NCBI GenBank assembly: GCA_031177795.1
Contig: JAPSKG010000001.1
Coordinates: 1-35,270 of the forward strand
DNA from: Domibacillus sp.
Lineage (GTDB): Bacteria; Bacillota; Bacilli; Bacillales; Domibacillaceae
Length of the DNA: 35,270 nucleotides
Reading direction: 5' to 3'
Below the pieces are notes generated by a model. It saw only the letters and a list, made by a program, of their open reading frames with translations, searched no databases and was not told the DNA's origin. Made by a program: the position numbers and the translations under genes. Positions 1 through 9,013 of this stretch are shown piece by piece. How positions within the stretch are numbered: the stretch's first letter is position 1; each line of letters begins with the position of its first letter.

Positions 1-21
1 ATGGTGGTGAAGAAAAAATGA
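1..21 (+). CDS. 3' end of upstream gene (..MVVKKK*), probably cobalt-factor II C20-methyltransferase CbiL
   Basis: Frame 1 reads ATG GTG GTG AAG AAA AAA TGA with an ATGA overlap onto the cbiF start. Identity inferred only from the usual cbiL-cbiF-cbiG-cbiA order. Confidence 0.4.
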   Translation: MVVKKK

Positions 22-791
22 AACTTTACATTGTTGGTGCAGGGCCAGGTGCACCAGATTTAATTACGGTACGCGGAATGAAACTTTTAGAAGAAGCAGA
101 TGTGATTTTATACGCGGATTCTCTTGTAAATGAAGAATTAATGAATGGCTGCAAACAAGGAGCCGTAGTGTTAAAAACAGCCGGCATGCATTTAGAAGAA
201 ATGGTTGATACGATGGTTCAATCATTGAAAGAAGGCAAGCAAGTTGTCCGCCTTCATACAGGCGATCCGTCTGTTTACGGAGCCATTATTGAGCAAATTG
301 CACTTTTAAAAGAAGAAGGTGTTGAAGTAGAGATTGTACCAGGTGTCAGTTCTGTTTTTGCAGCCGCTGCTGCTGCGGGTGCGGAATTAACAATTCCTGA
401 TGTTACGCAGACAGTTATTTTAACACGTGCAGAAGGGCGAACTCCTGTTCCGGAAAAAGAGCAGCTAAAAGATCTTGCAAAGCATGAATGCACGATTGCG
501 TTTTTCTTGAGTGCAACGCTAACAAAAAAAGTAACAAAGGAACTGGTGGAAGCTGGATGGGCGGAAAGCACTCCGGTTGCTGTGGTTTATCGGGCAACAT
601 GGCCGGACCAGAAAATCGTTCGTACAACTATTGCAGAGCTTGATACAGCGATGCGCGAAAACGGCATCCGCAAACAAGCGATGATTCTCGCCGGTAAAGC
701 ACTTGATCCGGATATAGGCAAATCAGGCCATCGGTCTAAGCTGTATGACAAAACGTTTACCCACGGTTTCCGGAAAGGAATCAAGCAATGA
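18..791 (+). CDS. cbiF: Cobalt-precorrin-4 C11-methyltransferase
   Basis: VGAGPGAPDLIT, ILYADSLV, RLHTGDPSVYGA, VPGVSS and SKLYDKTFTHGFR motifs of CbiF/CobM; operon context. Confidence 0.95.
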   Translation: MKLYIVGAGPGAPDLITVRGMKLLEEADVILYADSLVNEELMNGCKQGAVVLKTAGMHLEEMVDTMVQSLKEGKQVVRLHTGDPSVYGAIIEQIALLKEEGVEVEIVPGVSSVFAAAAAAGAELTIPDVTQTVILTRAEGRTPVPEKEQLKDLAKHECTIAFFLSATLTKKVTKELVEAGWAESTPVAVVYRATWPDQKIVRTTIAELDTAMRENGIRKQAMILAGKALDPDIGKSGHRSKLYDKTFTHGFRKGIKQ

Positions 792-1864
792 AGATTGCAA
801 TTGCTGCCATAACAAAACATGGAACGGAAACCGGGCGGAAGCTGGCGGAAGACATGCAAGCTGACTTGTATTACATGACAAAGTTTAGCCGCGGTGACGA
901 ACAAGAAAAAGGCATAACTTTATTTGAAGGTTCGGTGCGGCTGCTGTTGCCAGAGCTTTTTCAAAAATACGACGGGCTTATTCTGATTATTTCGCTAGGT
1001 GCCGTTGTCCGGATGATTGCACCTATTTTAAAAGATAAAAAAACAGATCCTGCTGTTGTGGTGCTTGATGACCGCGCAAACCACGCAATCAGCGTTTTGT
1101 CGGGGCATATCGGAGGCGCTAATGAACTGACTCATCAAGTAGCAGAGTTAACGGGCGCCCGTCCGGTGATCACTACTGCTTCAGATGTGCAAAAAACAAT
1201 CCCTGTAGACATGTTCGGACGTGAATTTGGCTGGAAGTTTGAGTATGATGCTTATTTAACCCAGGCCGCGGCAGCTGTTGTAAATGAAGAGCCGGTGCTT
1301 GTTGTGCAGGAATCCGGTGAAACAAATTGGTGGAAGCATGAACGGAAAATGCCTTCCCACATCGGAACAGTGTCTTCTGTTAAAGAAGCAGTGGAAATCC
1401 CGCATAATGCAGCGCTAGTTGTTACACACCGGCTTTTAACGGAAACAGAGCTTTCTTCTTTGCGCTACCCGGTTGTTTACAGGCCTAAATCAATCGTAAT
1501 TGGCATTGGGTGCAACCGTGGAACAGAAAAAGCTGAAATTGAATCCGTTATCCAACAAGCAATGCAGGAACTTTCCTTTTCAATAAACAGCGTGAAAACA
1601 ATCGCTTCTATTGATTTGAAAAAAGACGAACAAGGTGTGCTGGAGCTTGCTGAACAAAACAACTGGCCATTTATCACTTTTTCACCAGAGCAGTTAAACA
1701 GGGCGCCAATGCAAGAAAAGTCTGAAACGGTGTTTAAATATACAGGCGCTTACGGGGTAAGCGAACCAGCTGCTTTTCTTGCTTCACAAGGAGGAAGCAT
1801 CGTGCTTCCAAAGAAAAAAAGCGGCAACGTAACCATTTCCATTGCGGTTTATAAAGGAGGGTGA
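788..1864 (+). CDS. cbiG: Cobalt-precorrin-5A hydrolase
   Basis: GAVVRMIAP..KDKKTDPAVVV, SVLSGHIGGAN, PVITTASD, GIGCNRG and GVSEPAA motifs; ATGA overlap with cbiF. Confidence 0.93.
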   Translation: MKIAIAAITKHGTETGRKLAEDMQADLYYMTKFSRGDEQEKGITLFEGSVRLLLPELFQKYDGLILIISLGAVVRMIAPILKDKKTDPAVVVLDDRANHAISVLSGHIGGANELTHQVAELTGARPVITTASDVQKTIPVDMFGREFGWKFEYDAYLTQAAAAVVNEEPVLVVQESGETNWWKHERKMPSHIGTVSSVKEAVEIPHNAALVVTHRLLTETELSSLRYPVVYRPKSIVIGIGCNRGTEKAEIESVIQQAMQELSFSINSVKTIASIDLKKDEQGVLELAEQNNWPFITFSPEQLNRAPMQEKSETVFKYTGAYGVSEPAAFLASQGGSIVLPKKKSGNVTISIAVYKGG

Positions 1865-1867
1865 GCG

Positions 1868-3241
1868 ATGTCAAAACGAATCGTTATTGCTGGCACAGGA
1901 AGCGGTTCTGGAAAAACAACCGTTACACTCGCACTGCTTGGAGCTTTAAAACGAAGAGATTTAACGGTTCAGCCATTTAAGTGCGGGCCGGATTATATTG
2001 ACCCAACGTATCATACAGCGATTTGCGGCCGCCCATCACGCAACCTTGACAGCTGGATGGGGGACGCCGAAACGATGAAAGCCATTTTTGCACGGGTTTC
2101 ACAAAAAGCAGATATTTCTGTTGTGGAAGGTGTAATGGGCATGTTTGACGGCAAAAACCCGCTAAAAGACGATGGAAGTACGGCAGACATCAGCCGGATT
2201 ATCAAGGCACCGGTGTTGCTTGTTATTGATGCGTCTGGAGCTGCAAGAAGTGCAGCAGCAGTTGTTAAAGGCTTTCAAGCAATGGCACCCGGCCAAATTA
2301 AAGGAGTTATTGCCAATAAAACAGGAAGCGAAAGTCATTTTAAATTAATTGCGCAGGCAGTTATGCAAGAATGCGGAATTCCTGTTATCGGGCACTTAAT
2401 GAAAATGCCAGGCGTAAAAGTTCCAGAACGCCACTTAGGTCTTGTTCCGGCAGTGGAGCGGGGCGATTTAAATCCATTATTTAATATATTAGCTGATGCT
2501 GCAGAAAAAACCATTGATCTCGATCAATTGCTGCAAATTGCGAACGCTCCTGACTTAAAACCCGTACCTTCTTCTTTATTTACAAAACAAGAAAGCCCAA
2601 AAGTAACAGTTGCGGTTGCAAAAGACGCTGCTTTTCACTTTTATTATGAAGAAAATTTTGAAATGCTTCGCGCTCTAGGAGCTGATCTGCGCTTTTTTTC
2701 TCCGCTTGCCGGTGAATCTGTGCCGGAAGAAGCAGATGCTCTTTATATTGGAGGAGGGTTCCCCGAAGAATTTGCTCCGGTTCTGGCCGGGCAATACAGT
2801 GTGCGAAAATCAGTAAAGCAAGCAATTGAAGCCGGTATGCCAACCATTGCAGAATGCGGCGGCTTTATGTTTTTAACCGACCAGATTACAACAGTTGACA
2901 ACAATAGTTATCCAATGTGCGGCGTGATTCCGGGGCGCGCGGTCATGAAGTCAGCCCGTGCAGCACTCGGCTACCGTGAATTAACAGCATTGGCCGGTTC
3001 CTGGATCACAGAAGGACTGCAAATAAAAGGACACGAATTTCATTATTCTCTTTTTGAAACGAATAAAGAATCAGTGCCTGCTTTTGAATCAAAAGGGCGG
3101 TTTGGGGCAAAACCAGATGGATGTGTTGTGAAAAATGCAGTAACAGGCTATGCTCATTTTTATTTTCCATCTAATAAAAAATTTGCGGAAGCTTTTGTTG
3201 CGGCAGCGCATTTTTATCAGCGAAAGAAGGTACCAGTATGA
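1868..3241 (+). CDS. cbiA: Cobyrinate a,c-diamide synthase
   Basis: P-loop SGSGKTT, FKCGPDYIDP, VEGVMG; glutamine amidotransferase domain GGGFPE, AECGG, GHEFHYS; RBS AAAGGAGG. Confidence 0.95.
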   Translation: MSKRIVIAGTGSGSGKTTVTLALLGALKRRDLTVQPFKCGPDYIDPTYHTAICGRPSRNLDSWMGDAETMKAIFARVSQKADISVVEGVMGMFDGKNPLKDDGSTADISRIIKAPVLLVIDASGAARSAAAVVKGFQAMAPGQIKGVIANKTGSESHFKLIAQAVMQECGIPVIGHLMKMPGVKVPERHLGLVPAVERGDLNPLFNILADAAEKTIDLDQLLQIANAPDLKPVPSSLFTKQESPKVTVAVAKDAAFHFYYEENFEMLRALGADLRFFSPLAGESVPEEADALYIGGGFPEEFAPVLAGQYSVRKSVKQAIEAGMPTIAECGGFMFLTDQITTVDNNSYPMCGVIPGRAVMKSARAALGYRELTALAGSWITEGLQIKGHEFHYSLFETNKESVPAFESKGRFGAKPDGCVVKNAVTGYAHFYFPSNKKFAEAFVAAAHFYQRKKVPV

Positions 3242-3963
3242 AAAAAGGAATGATTATCTTGCCTCTGGCAGGTTTTTTCTGGTTCAACTCCTTTACAGAA
3301 CCTGCCGCCATGCATATTATGGAAGGGTTTCTTCCTGTTTGGTGGGCGGTATTTTGGTGGATTGCCGCTATTCCCTTTATTTTATGGGGGTTAAAAACAT
3401 TAAAAACAGTAATAGATGAAAACCCGGAAGCAAAACTTATGATCGGCTTTGCCGGCGCATTTGCGTTTGTTTTGTCAGCGTTAAAAATCCCATCGGTAAC
3501 AGGAAGCAGTTCGCATCCAGTAGGAACAGCACTGGGGACGATGCTATTTGGCCCTGCGGCTATGACAGTGCTTGGAACTATTGTACTTTTGTTCCAGGCA
3601 TTGCTTCTTGCACACGGCGGCATAACAACATTGGGGGCTAATGCTTTTTCATTGGCCATTGCAGGTCCCTTTGCAGCATATGCAGTTTATAAAGGGCTAA
3701 AAAAAACAGGCGTGAATCCAGGAACAACCGCTTTTTTCACTGCTTTCTCAGCAAACATTGTTACATATTCCGTTACTTCTTTTCAGCTGGCTTTAGCTTT
3801 TCCGTCTGAAACAGGCGGCATATGGACTTCGTTTCTCGAATTTTCCGGTATTTTTGCCATTACCCAGCTGTCACTTGCTGTTTGTGAAGGTTTTTTAACA
3901 GCAGCGGCTGTGAACTGGCTTGAAAAGCATCGAGCGTCTTTAAAAGGGGTGCATTTTTCATGA
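3238..3963 (+). CDS. cbiM: Cobalt ECF transporter S component, with signal-like leader before the MHIMEG metal-binding N-terminus
   Basis: MHIMEGFLP after a hydrophobic leader; LKIPSVTGSSSHPVG and FQALLLAHGGITTLGAN motifs. Confidence 0.95.
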   Translation: MKKGMIILPLAGFFWFNSFTEPAAMHIMEGFLPVWWAVFWWIAAIPFILWGLKTLKTVIDENPEAKLMIGFAGAFAFVLSALKIPSVTGSSSHPVGTALGTMLFGPAAMTVLGTIVLLFQALLLAHGGITTLGANAFSLAIAGPFAAYAVYKGLKKTGVNPGTTAFFTAFSANIVTYSVTSFQLALAFPSETGGIWTSFLEFSGIFAITQLSLAVCEGFLTAAAVNWLEKHRASLKGVHFS

Positions 3964-4235
3964 AAAATGCTGTATTGCTTTTACTGGCGGCCGTTATTGC
4001 AATTGTTCCGCTTTTTTTATGGCAGGACAGTGAGTTTGGAGGAGCGGATGGGCTGGCAGAAAAAAAGATCAGCGATATACAATCGGATTATACTCCGTGG
4101 GTACGTCCTTTTTTTGAACCTCCCGGCGCAGAAACAGAAAGCCTGCTGTTTTCTTTACAGGCAGCCATTGGGGCAGGCATCATTGGTTATGTAATTGGAA
4201 CCGTGCGTGCCCGCTCGAAAAGAGACAAATCATGA
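3960..4235 (+). CDS. cbiN: Cobalt transport protein CbiN
   Basis: EFGGADG, YTPW..P.FEPP, ESLLFSLQAAIGAG; two TM helices. Confidence 0.93.
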   Translation: MKNAVLLLLAAVIAIVPLFLWQDSEFGGADGLAEKKISDIQSDYTPWVRPFFEPPGAETESLLFSLQAAIGAGIIGYVIGTVRARSKRDKS

Positions 4236-4912
4236 ATATGATTGACCAAATCGCTTATTTCAATAAATTTGCTCGCATTCATCCGGGAGAAAAAGCACTA
4301 ATTTGTTTTTTTCTGCTTTTTACGTCTATGGTTTTTCGGGCTCCTTCAGCCGCTTTGTTTGTTTTTATTGCCACAAGCTTTTATATTATTTTAGCCCGTG
4401 TTCCACTTTTTCAATATGCCCGATTATTGTTTGCGCCGGCTGCGTTTATTTTGGCCGGCGTTTTGCCTATTGCTTTTTCATTTGATGGATGGCTGTCTAT
4501 TCAATCAAGCGAAGAAACAGTTCAAAAAGCGGTGGAAACAGCGTCAGCTGCCTTTGCCGGAGCTGCAGCACTTTACGCCTTTATTTTAACTACACCATTT
4601 AACCAGGTGGCCTGGCTAATGAAAAAATGCCGCATTCCGGCTGTTTTTGTTGAGATAACAGCGCTTGTTTACCGGTTTATTTTTCAACTGGCAGAAAAAA
4701 GGACCGATGTAACAAATGCACAGCTGCTTCGTTCAGGAACGCCCGGCATTCAAACAGCTGCAAGAGCCGCTGTTCACATTTTTACATCTACTCTTTTTGA
4801 AATGGACAAGCGGCAGCAAGCAGCAGAACTTCGGGGGAGCCTTGATTACATTCCAACGGGTGAATGGTCATCATTTTGGAGGAGAAAAGATGATTTCATT
4901 AAACGGCGTTAG
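4232..4912 (+). CDS. cbiQ: Cobalt ECF transporter T component
   Basis: HPGEK N-terminal motif, TTPF, YRFIF and coupling-helix LR/ELRG motifs; lies between cbiN and cbiO. Confidence 0.88.
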   Translation: MNMIDQIAYFNKFARIHPGEKALICFFLLFTSMVFRAPSAALFVFIATSFYIILARVPLFQYARLLFAPAAFILAGVLPIAFSFDGWLSIQSSEETVQKAVETASAAFAGAAALYAFILTTPFNQVAWLMKKCRIPAVFVEITALVYRFIFQLAEKRTDVTNAQLLRSGTPGIQTAARAAVHIFTSTLFEMDKRQQAAELRGSLDYIPTGEWSSFWRRKDDFIKRR

Positions 4913-5690
4913 CGCCTCATATCCAGATAAAACAAAAGCGCTCCACAACATTACACTCACCATTAAACCGGGTGTGAAAATTGCCGTGCTTGGTGTAAGC
5001 GGATCAGGAAAATCCACATTGTTTCATTTATTAACAGGCTTAATGAAGCCGGAAAACGGCATATTAAAGTGGGGAGAAACCGTACTTGTTCATAAAAAAA
5101 AGCCGCTGCAAGAATGGCGGAAAAAAATCGGCTTTGTTATGCAAAATCCGGATATGCAGCTTTTTGCCCCAACGGTTGAAGAAGATGTGATATACGGCCC
5201 GCTTCAGCAAGGCATGGCTTTTACAGAAGCGAAACAAGCCGCAGAAGCGGCTATGGAAGCGTGCGGCATTTTTCACCTCCGCCATAAACCTCCGCACTTT
5301 TTAAGTATGGGCGAAAAAAAACGAGCGGCAATCGCCGGCGTGGCAGCAATGAATCCAGATGTTTTGATACTGGATGAACCGGAAGCAGGACTTGATCCGG
5401 CAAATACAAACAAGCTGATTGCACTGATGAATGATTTTCATAAGCGGGGAAAAACAATTATTTCATCGACCCACCATGTTGATTTTGCATATGAATGGGC
5501 AGAAGAATATATTGTTTTAGAAAAAGGGCATTTAGTTTGCCATGATTCCCCTTCCGTTGTATTTAAACAAACCCTACCGCCAGGACTTGAACTTCCCTGG
5601 GCCTTTGAAATTGGCCAGTTAACAGGAACAACCCCTTCTAGCAGAAAAGAAGCGATTCAGATTTTGAGGGAAAGAATGGCAAACAATTAA
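4890..5690 (+). CDS. cbiO: Cobalt ECF transporter ATPase
   Basis: Walker A GVSGSGKST, QNPDMQLF Q-loop, LSMGEKKR signature, LILDEP. Start moved to ATG 4890 behind GGAGG. Confidence 0.9.
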   Translation: MISLNGVSASYPDKTKALHNITLTIKPGVKIAVLGVSGSGKSTLFHLLTGLMKPENGILKWGETVLVHKKKPLQEWRKKIGFVMQNPDMQLFAPTVEEDVIYGPLQQGMAFTEAKQAAEAAMEACGIFHLRHKPPHFLSMGEKKRAAIAGVAAMNPDVLILDEPEAGLDPANTNKLIALMNDFHKRGKTIISSTHHVDFAYEWAEEYIVLEKGHLVCHDSPSVVFKQTLPPGLELPWAFEIGQLTGTTPSSRKEAIQILRERMANN

Positions 5691-5902
5691 TTAATCGGCT
5701 TGCGAAAATTACGCTGGTTTATTTTATTGTTCAAAATCATTCATTGGATGTAAAAGGAAAATAAAGCAGGGTAACAAGAAAAGCTTTAAATTAACATGGA
5801 AAAATTCAGATGGAAATGCCGGGAAAGATTTTTTAAACAGTGCTGAAAGTGATAGTGGTTGCAAAAAAAGTTGAACTTAAAGCAATAAGCAAGTTGTCAA
5901 AG

Positions 5903-5937
5903 AAAATCCGGTTCAGTTGCGGCTGAGCCGGATTTTT
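5903..5937 (+). terminator. Rho-independent terminator-like hairpin
   Basis: AAAATCCGGTTCAG / CTGAGCCGGATTTTT inverted repeat. Confidence 0.65.
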
Positions 5938-6031
5938 ATTAAATAATGCTAGAACGTGGTATGATAAGGAAAAATAATTGTTTATTTTTCTTAAACAGGA
6001 GGTGGACGCCCTGAGTTAACAGGGCTGGTCA

Positions 6032-7330
6032 TTGGAGATTTTTAATTTAATTGGAATTGTACTGTTAATCGCGCTAACGGCTTTTTTTGTAGCTGCTGAA
6101 TTTGCGATTGTAAAAATGAGATTATCGCGCGTGGAACAGCTTGTAGAAGAAGAAACCCCGGGAGCTCTTGCTGTTGAACGTGTTACCAAACATTTAGATG
6201 AATATTTATCCGCCTGCCAGCTTGGAATTACGATGACGGCACTTGGCCTCGGCTGGATTGGTGAACCGACGATTGAAAAGCTGCTTCATCCGTTGATTGA
6301 AAAATTCGGATTTGCAGCATCCTTATCGGCTATTTTATCTTTTACTATTGCTTTTTCGGTTGTAACGTTTCTTCATGTAGTTGTAGGGGAACTTGCCCCT
6401 AAAACGGTCGCTATTCAAAAAGCAGAAGCGGTTACTTTGGCGCTTGCGGGCCCTTTAATTTGGTTTTACCGTGTTATGTACCCGTTTATTTGGGTGCTGA
6501 ATGGCTCTGCCCGTTTAATTGTTGGTTTGTTTGGCTTAAAGCCAGCTTCCGAGCATGACTCCGTGCACACGGAAGAAGAATGGCGCTTGCTTTTATCAGA
6601 AAGCTACAAAAGCGGTGAAATTAATCAAAATGAATTAAAGTATGTAAACAATATTTTTGAGTTTGATGAGCGCCTTGCAAAAGAAATTATGGTTCCCCGG
6701 ACAGAAATGGTGAGCCTGGCAATTGATGATACAATGGAAAAAGCAATGGCAGTTATTAAAGAAGAAAAATATACGCGCTATCCTGTTATTAACGGTGACA
6801 AAGATAATGTGATTGGAATGGTGAACTTTAAAGAAATTTTAAGTGTTGCTGTAAAAGGAAAGCCGCTTCCGAAAATTGAGCCGTTGCGCCAATTTGTGAA
6901 ACCGGTTATCCGGGTTTTTGAAAACATTCTTATTCATGATTTGCTCGTTAAAATGCAGAAGGAAAGAACGCATATGGCCATTTTGATTGATGAGTACGGT
7001 GGCACATCAGGATTGGTAACCGTAGAAGATATTTTAGAAGAAATTGTCGGTGAAATACGTGATGAGTTTGATACAGATGAAATTGCAGAGGTTCGTAAAA
7101 TAAAAGACGGCTGCTATTTATTTAGTTCTAAAGTGTTAATCAGCGAGGTAAATGATCTTCTTGGAACCGACCTGAGCGATGAAAATGTTGATACACTTGG
7201 AGGCTGGTATTTAACTGAAAAAATAGATGCAGTGCTAAACGACTCAATCGAGTCAGGAGGCTGGACGTTTACCATCACTGAAATGGAAGAGCACCACATC
7301 TTATATATTCAAGCTCAAAAGCTCGCTTAA
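6032..7330 (+). CDS. Hemolysin-family / CNNM (CorB-like) membrane protein with CBS and CorC domains; YhdP/MpfA-like Mg/Co exporter candidate
   Basis: [65 protein letters not shown] and DTLGGW motifs; TTG start. Confidence 0.9.
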   Translation: MEIFNLIGIVLLIALTAFFVAAEFAIVKMRLSRVEQLVEEETPGALAVERVTKHLDEYLSACQLGITMTALGLGWIGEPTIEKLLHPLIEKFGFAASLSAILSFTIAFSVVTFLHVVVGELAPKTVAIQKAEAVTLALAGPLIWFYRVMYPFIWVLNGSARLIVGLFGLKPASEHDSVHTEEEWRLLLSESYKSGEINQNELKYVNNIFEFDERLAKEIMVPRTEMVSLAIDDTMEKAMAVIKEEKYTRYPVINGDKDNVIGMVNFKEILSVAVKGKPLPKIEPLRQFVKPVIRVFENILIHDLLVKMQKERTHMAILIDEYGGTSGLVTVEDILEEIVGEIRDEFDTDEIAEVRKIKDGCYLFSSKVLISEVNDLLGTDLSDENVDTLGGWYLTEKIDAVLNDSIESGGWTFTITEMEEHHILYIQAQKLA

Positions 7331-7343
7331 AGCGGGTTTTTTT
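7317..7343 (+). terminator. Rho-independent terminator
   Basis: AAAAGCTCGCT-taa-AGCGGGTTTTTTT overlapping the stop codon. Confidence 0.7.
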
Positions 7344-7449
7344 GTTTTTTTAGACGGGTTTTTAACCCGGAAAGAGTTGCCGGAATCTGCAAAAAGGTGT
7401 AGGATGATAGGAATGAAGCGCGATGGAAAAGCAAAGGGAGTATAGAAAA

Positions 7450-8919
7450 ATGTCACGATACGAAGACGACAGTCTTGCCTTGCACACCGACCTTTATCAG
7501 ATTAATATGGCCGAAACGTACTGGCACGACGGAATCCATACAAAAAAAGCAGTATTTGAGCTTTATTTCAGAAAAATTCCATTCGGGAACGGGTACGGTG
7601 TTTTTGCCGGCCTCGAAAAAATTGTCCATTATTTAGAGAGCTTTCGGTTTACAGAAAGCGATATCGAGTATTTAAGAGAACTAGGCTACCAGCCTGATTT
7701 TTTGTCTTATCTACAAAACATGCGCTTTACGGGAACGCTGAAAAGTATGAAGGAAGGAGAGCTTGTTTTTGCAAATGAGCCTATTCTTCGTGTAGAAGCA
7801 CCGCTTGCAGAAGCGCAAATTATTGAAACAGCGCTATTGAATATCGTAAACTATCAAACGTTAATTGCGACAAAAGCTTCCCGGATCAAACAAGTGCTTG
7901 GAGACGAGACAGCAATGGAGTTTGGCTCACGCAGGGCTCATGAAATGGATGCGGCTGTTTGGGGCACGCGAGCTGCTTATATTGGCGGTTTTGATGCAAC
8001 AAGCAATGTAAGAGCAGGCAAACTATTCGGCATTCCAGTGACCGGTACACATGCTCATGCGCTGATCCAGGCTTACAAAGATGAATACACGGCTTTTCGC
8101 AAATATGCAGAGCGCCACCGGGATTGTGTGTTTTTAGTGGATACATATGACACACTAAAATCCGGTGTTCCGGCTGCTATTCAAGTGGCGAAAGATCTTG
8201 GAAACCAAATTAATTTTATGGGCATTCGCCTGGACAGCGGGGATATGGCGTACTTGTCAAAAGAAGCACGTAAAATGCTAGACGAAGCTGGTTTTCCGGA
8301 TGCACGCATTGTCGCATCAAATGACCTTGATGAATACACCATCATGAATTTAAAGGCGGAGGGAGCCAAAATTGATGTATGGGGCATCGGGACAAAGGTT
8401 ATTACTGCATATGATCAAGCGGCCCTTGGAGCAGTATATAAGCTTGTTTCAATTGAAGATGAAGCAGGCCAGATGAACGATACAATCAAGTTGTCGGCAA
8501 ATCCGGAAAAAGTGACAACACCTGGATTAAAACGTGTATACCGCATTGTAAATAAATTAAGCGGCAAAGCGGAAGGGGATTATATTGCCATGGAAAATGA
8601 AGATCCCCAGCATGCAGAACGGCTGAAAATGTTTCATCCTGTGCATACCTTTGTCAGCAAGTTTGTAACAAACTTTGAAGCGCGTGAGCTTCATGATGTT
8701 ATTTTTCTTAATGGTGAACGAATTTATGAGATGCCGGATATTAGCTTAATCCGCAAACAAACAATGGAAAACCTGGATCTTCTTTGGAACGAATATAAAA
8801 GAGCATTAAATCCGGAAGAATACCCTGTCGATTTAAGCCAAAATTGCTGGGATAACAAAATGAAAAATATCGAAGCCGTGAAACTCCATTCACAGGGGCT
8901 GGCTTATTTGGAAAAATGA
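7450..8919 (+). CDS. pncB: Nicotinate phosphoribosyltransferase
   Basis: LHTDLYQ, MEFGSRRAHE, GTHAH, LVDTYD, GIRLDSGD, ASNDLDE and LGAVYKLV motifs. Start ATG 7450 behind AAGGGAG. Confidence 0.95.
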   Translation: MSRYEDDSLALHTDLYQINMAETYWHDGIHTKKAVFELYFRKIPFGNGYGVFAGLEKIVHYLESFRFTESDIEYLRELGYQPDFLSYLQNMRFTGTLKSMKEGELVFANEPILRVEAPLAEAQIIETALLNIVNYQTLIATKASRIKQVLGDETAMEFGSRRAHEMDAAVWGTRAAYIGGFDATSNVRAGKLFGIPVTGTHAHALIQAYKDEYTAFRKYAERHRDCVFLVDTYDTLKSGVPAAIQVAKDLGNQINFMGIRLDSGDMAYLSKEARKMLDEAGFPDARIVASNDLDEYTIMNLKAEGAKIDVWGIGTKVITAYDQAALGAVYKLVSIEDEAGQMNDTIKLSANPEKVTTPGLKRVYRIVNKLSGKAEGDYIAMENEDPQHAERLKMFHPVHTFVSKFVTNFEARELHDVIFLNGERIYEMPDISLIRKQTMENLDLLWNEYKRALNPEEYPVDLSQNCWDNKMKNIEAVKLHSQGLAYLEK

Positions 8920-8942
8920 CGCCAAAAATGGTGTCATTTTTT
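8912..8942 (+). terminator. Terminator after pncB
   Basis: AAAAATGACGCC-aaaaat-GGTGTCATTTTTT. Confidence 0.75.
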
Positions 8943-8952
8943 CTTATAATTT

Positions 8953-8981
8953 TTGCCCATCTGTTCAGCAAAGCTTATAAT
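8953..8981 (+). promoter_or_regulatory. Putative sigma-A promoter of the encapsulin operon
   Basis: TTGCCC-17 nt-TATAAT, directly downstream of the pncB terminator. Confidence 0.5.
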
Positions 8982-9013
8982 AGGAGATATTCAAGAATTA
9001 GGAGGTGCGTTTT

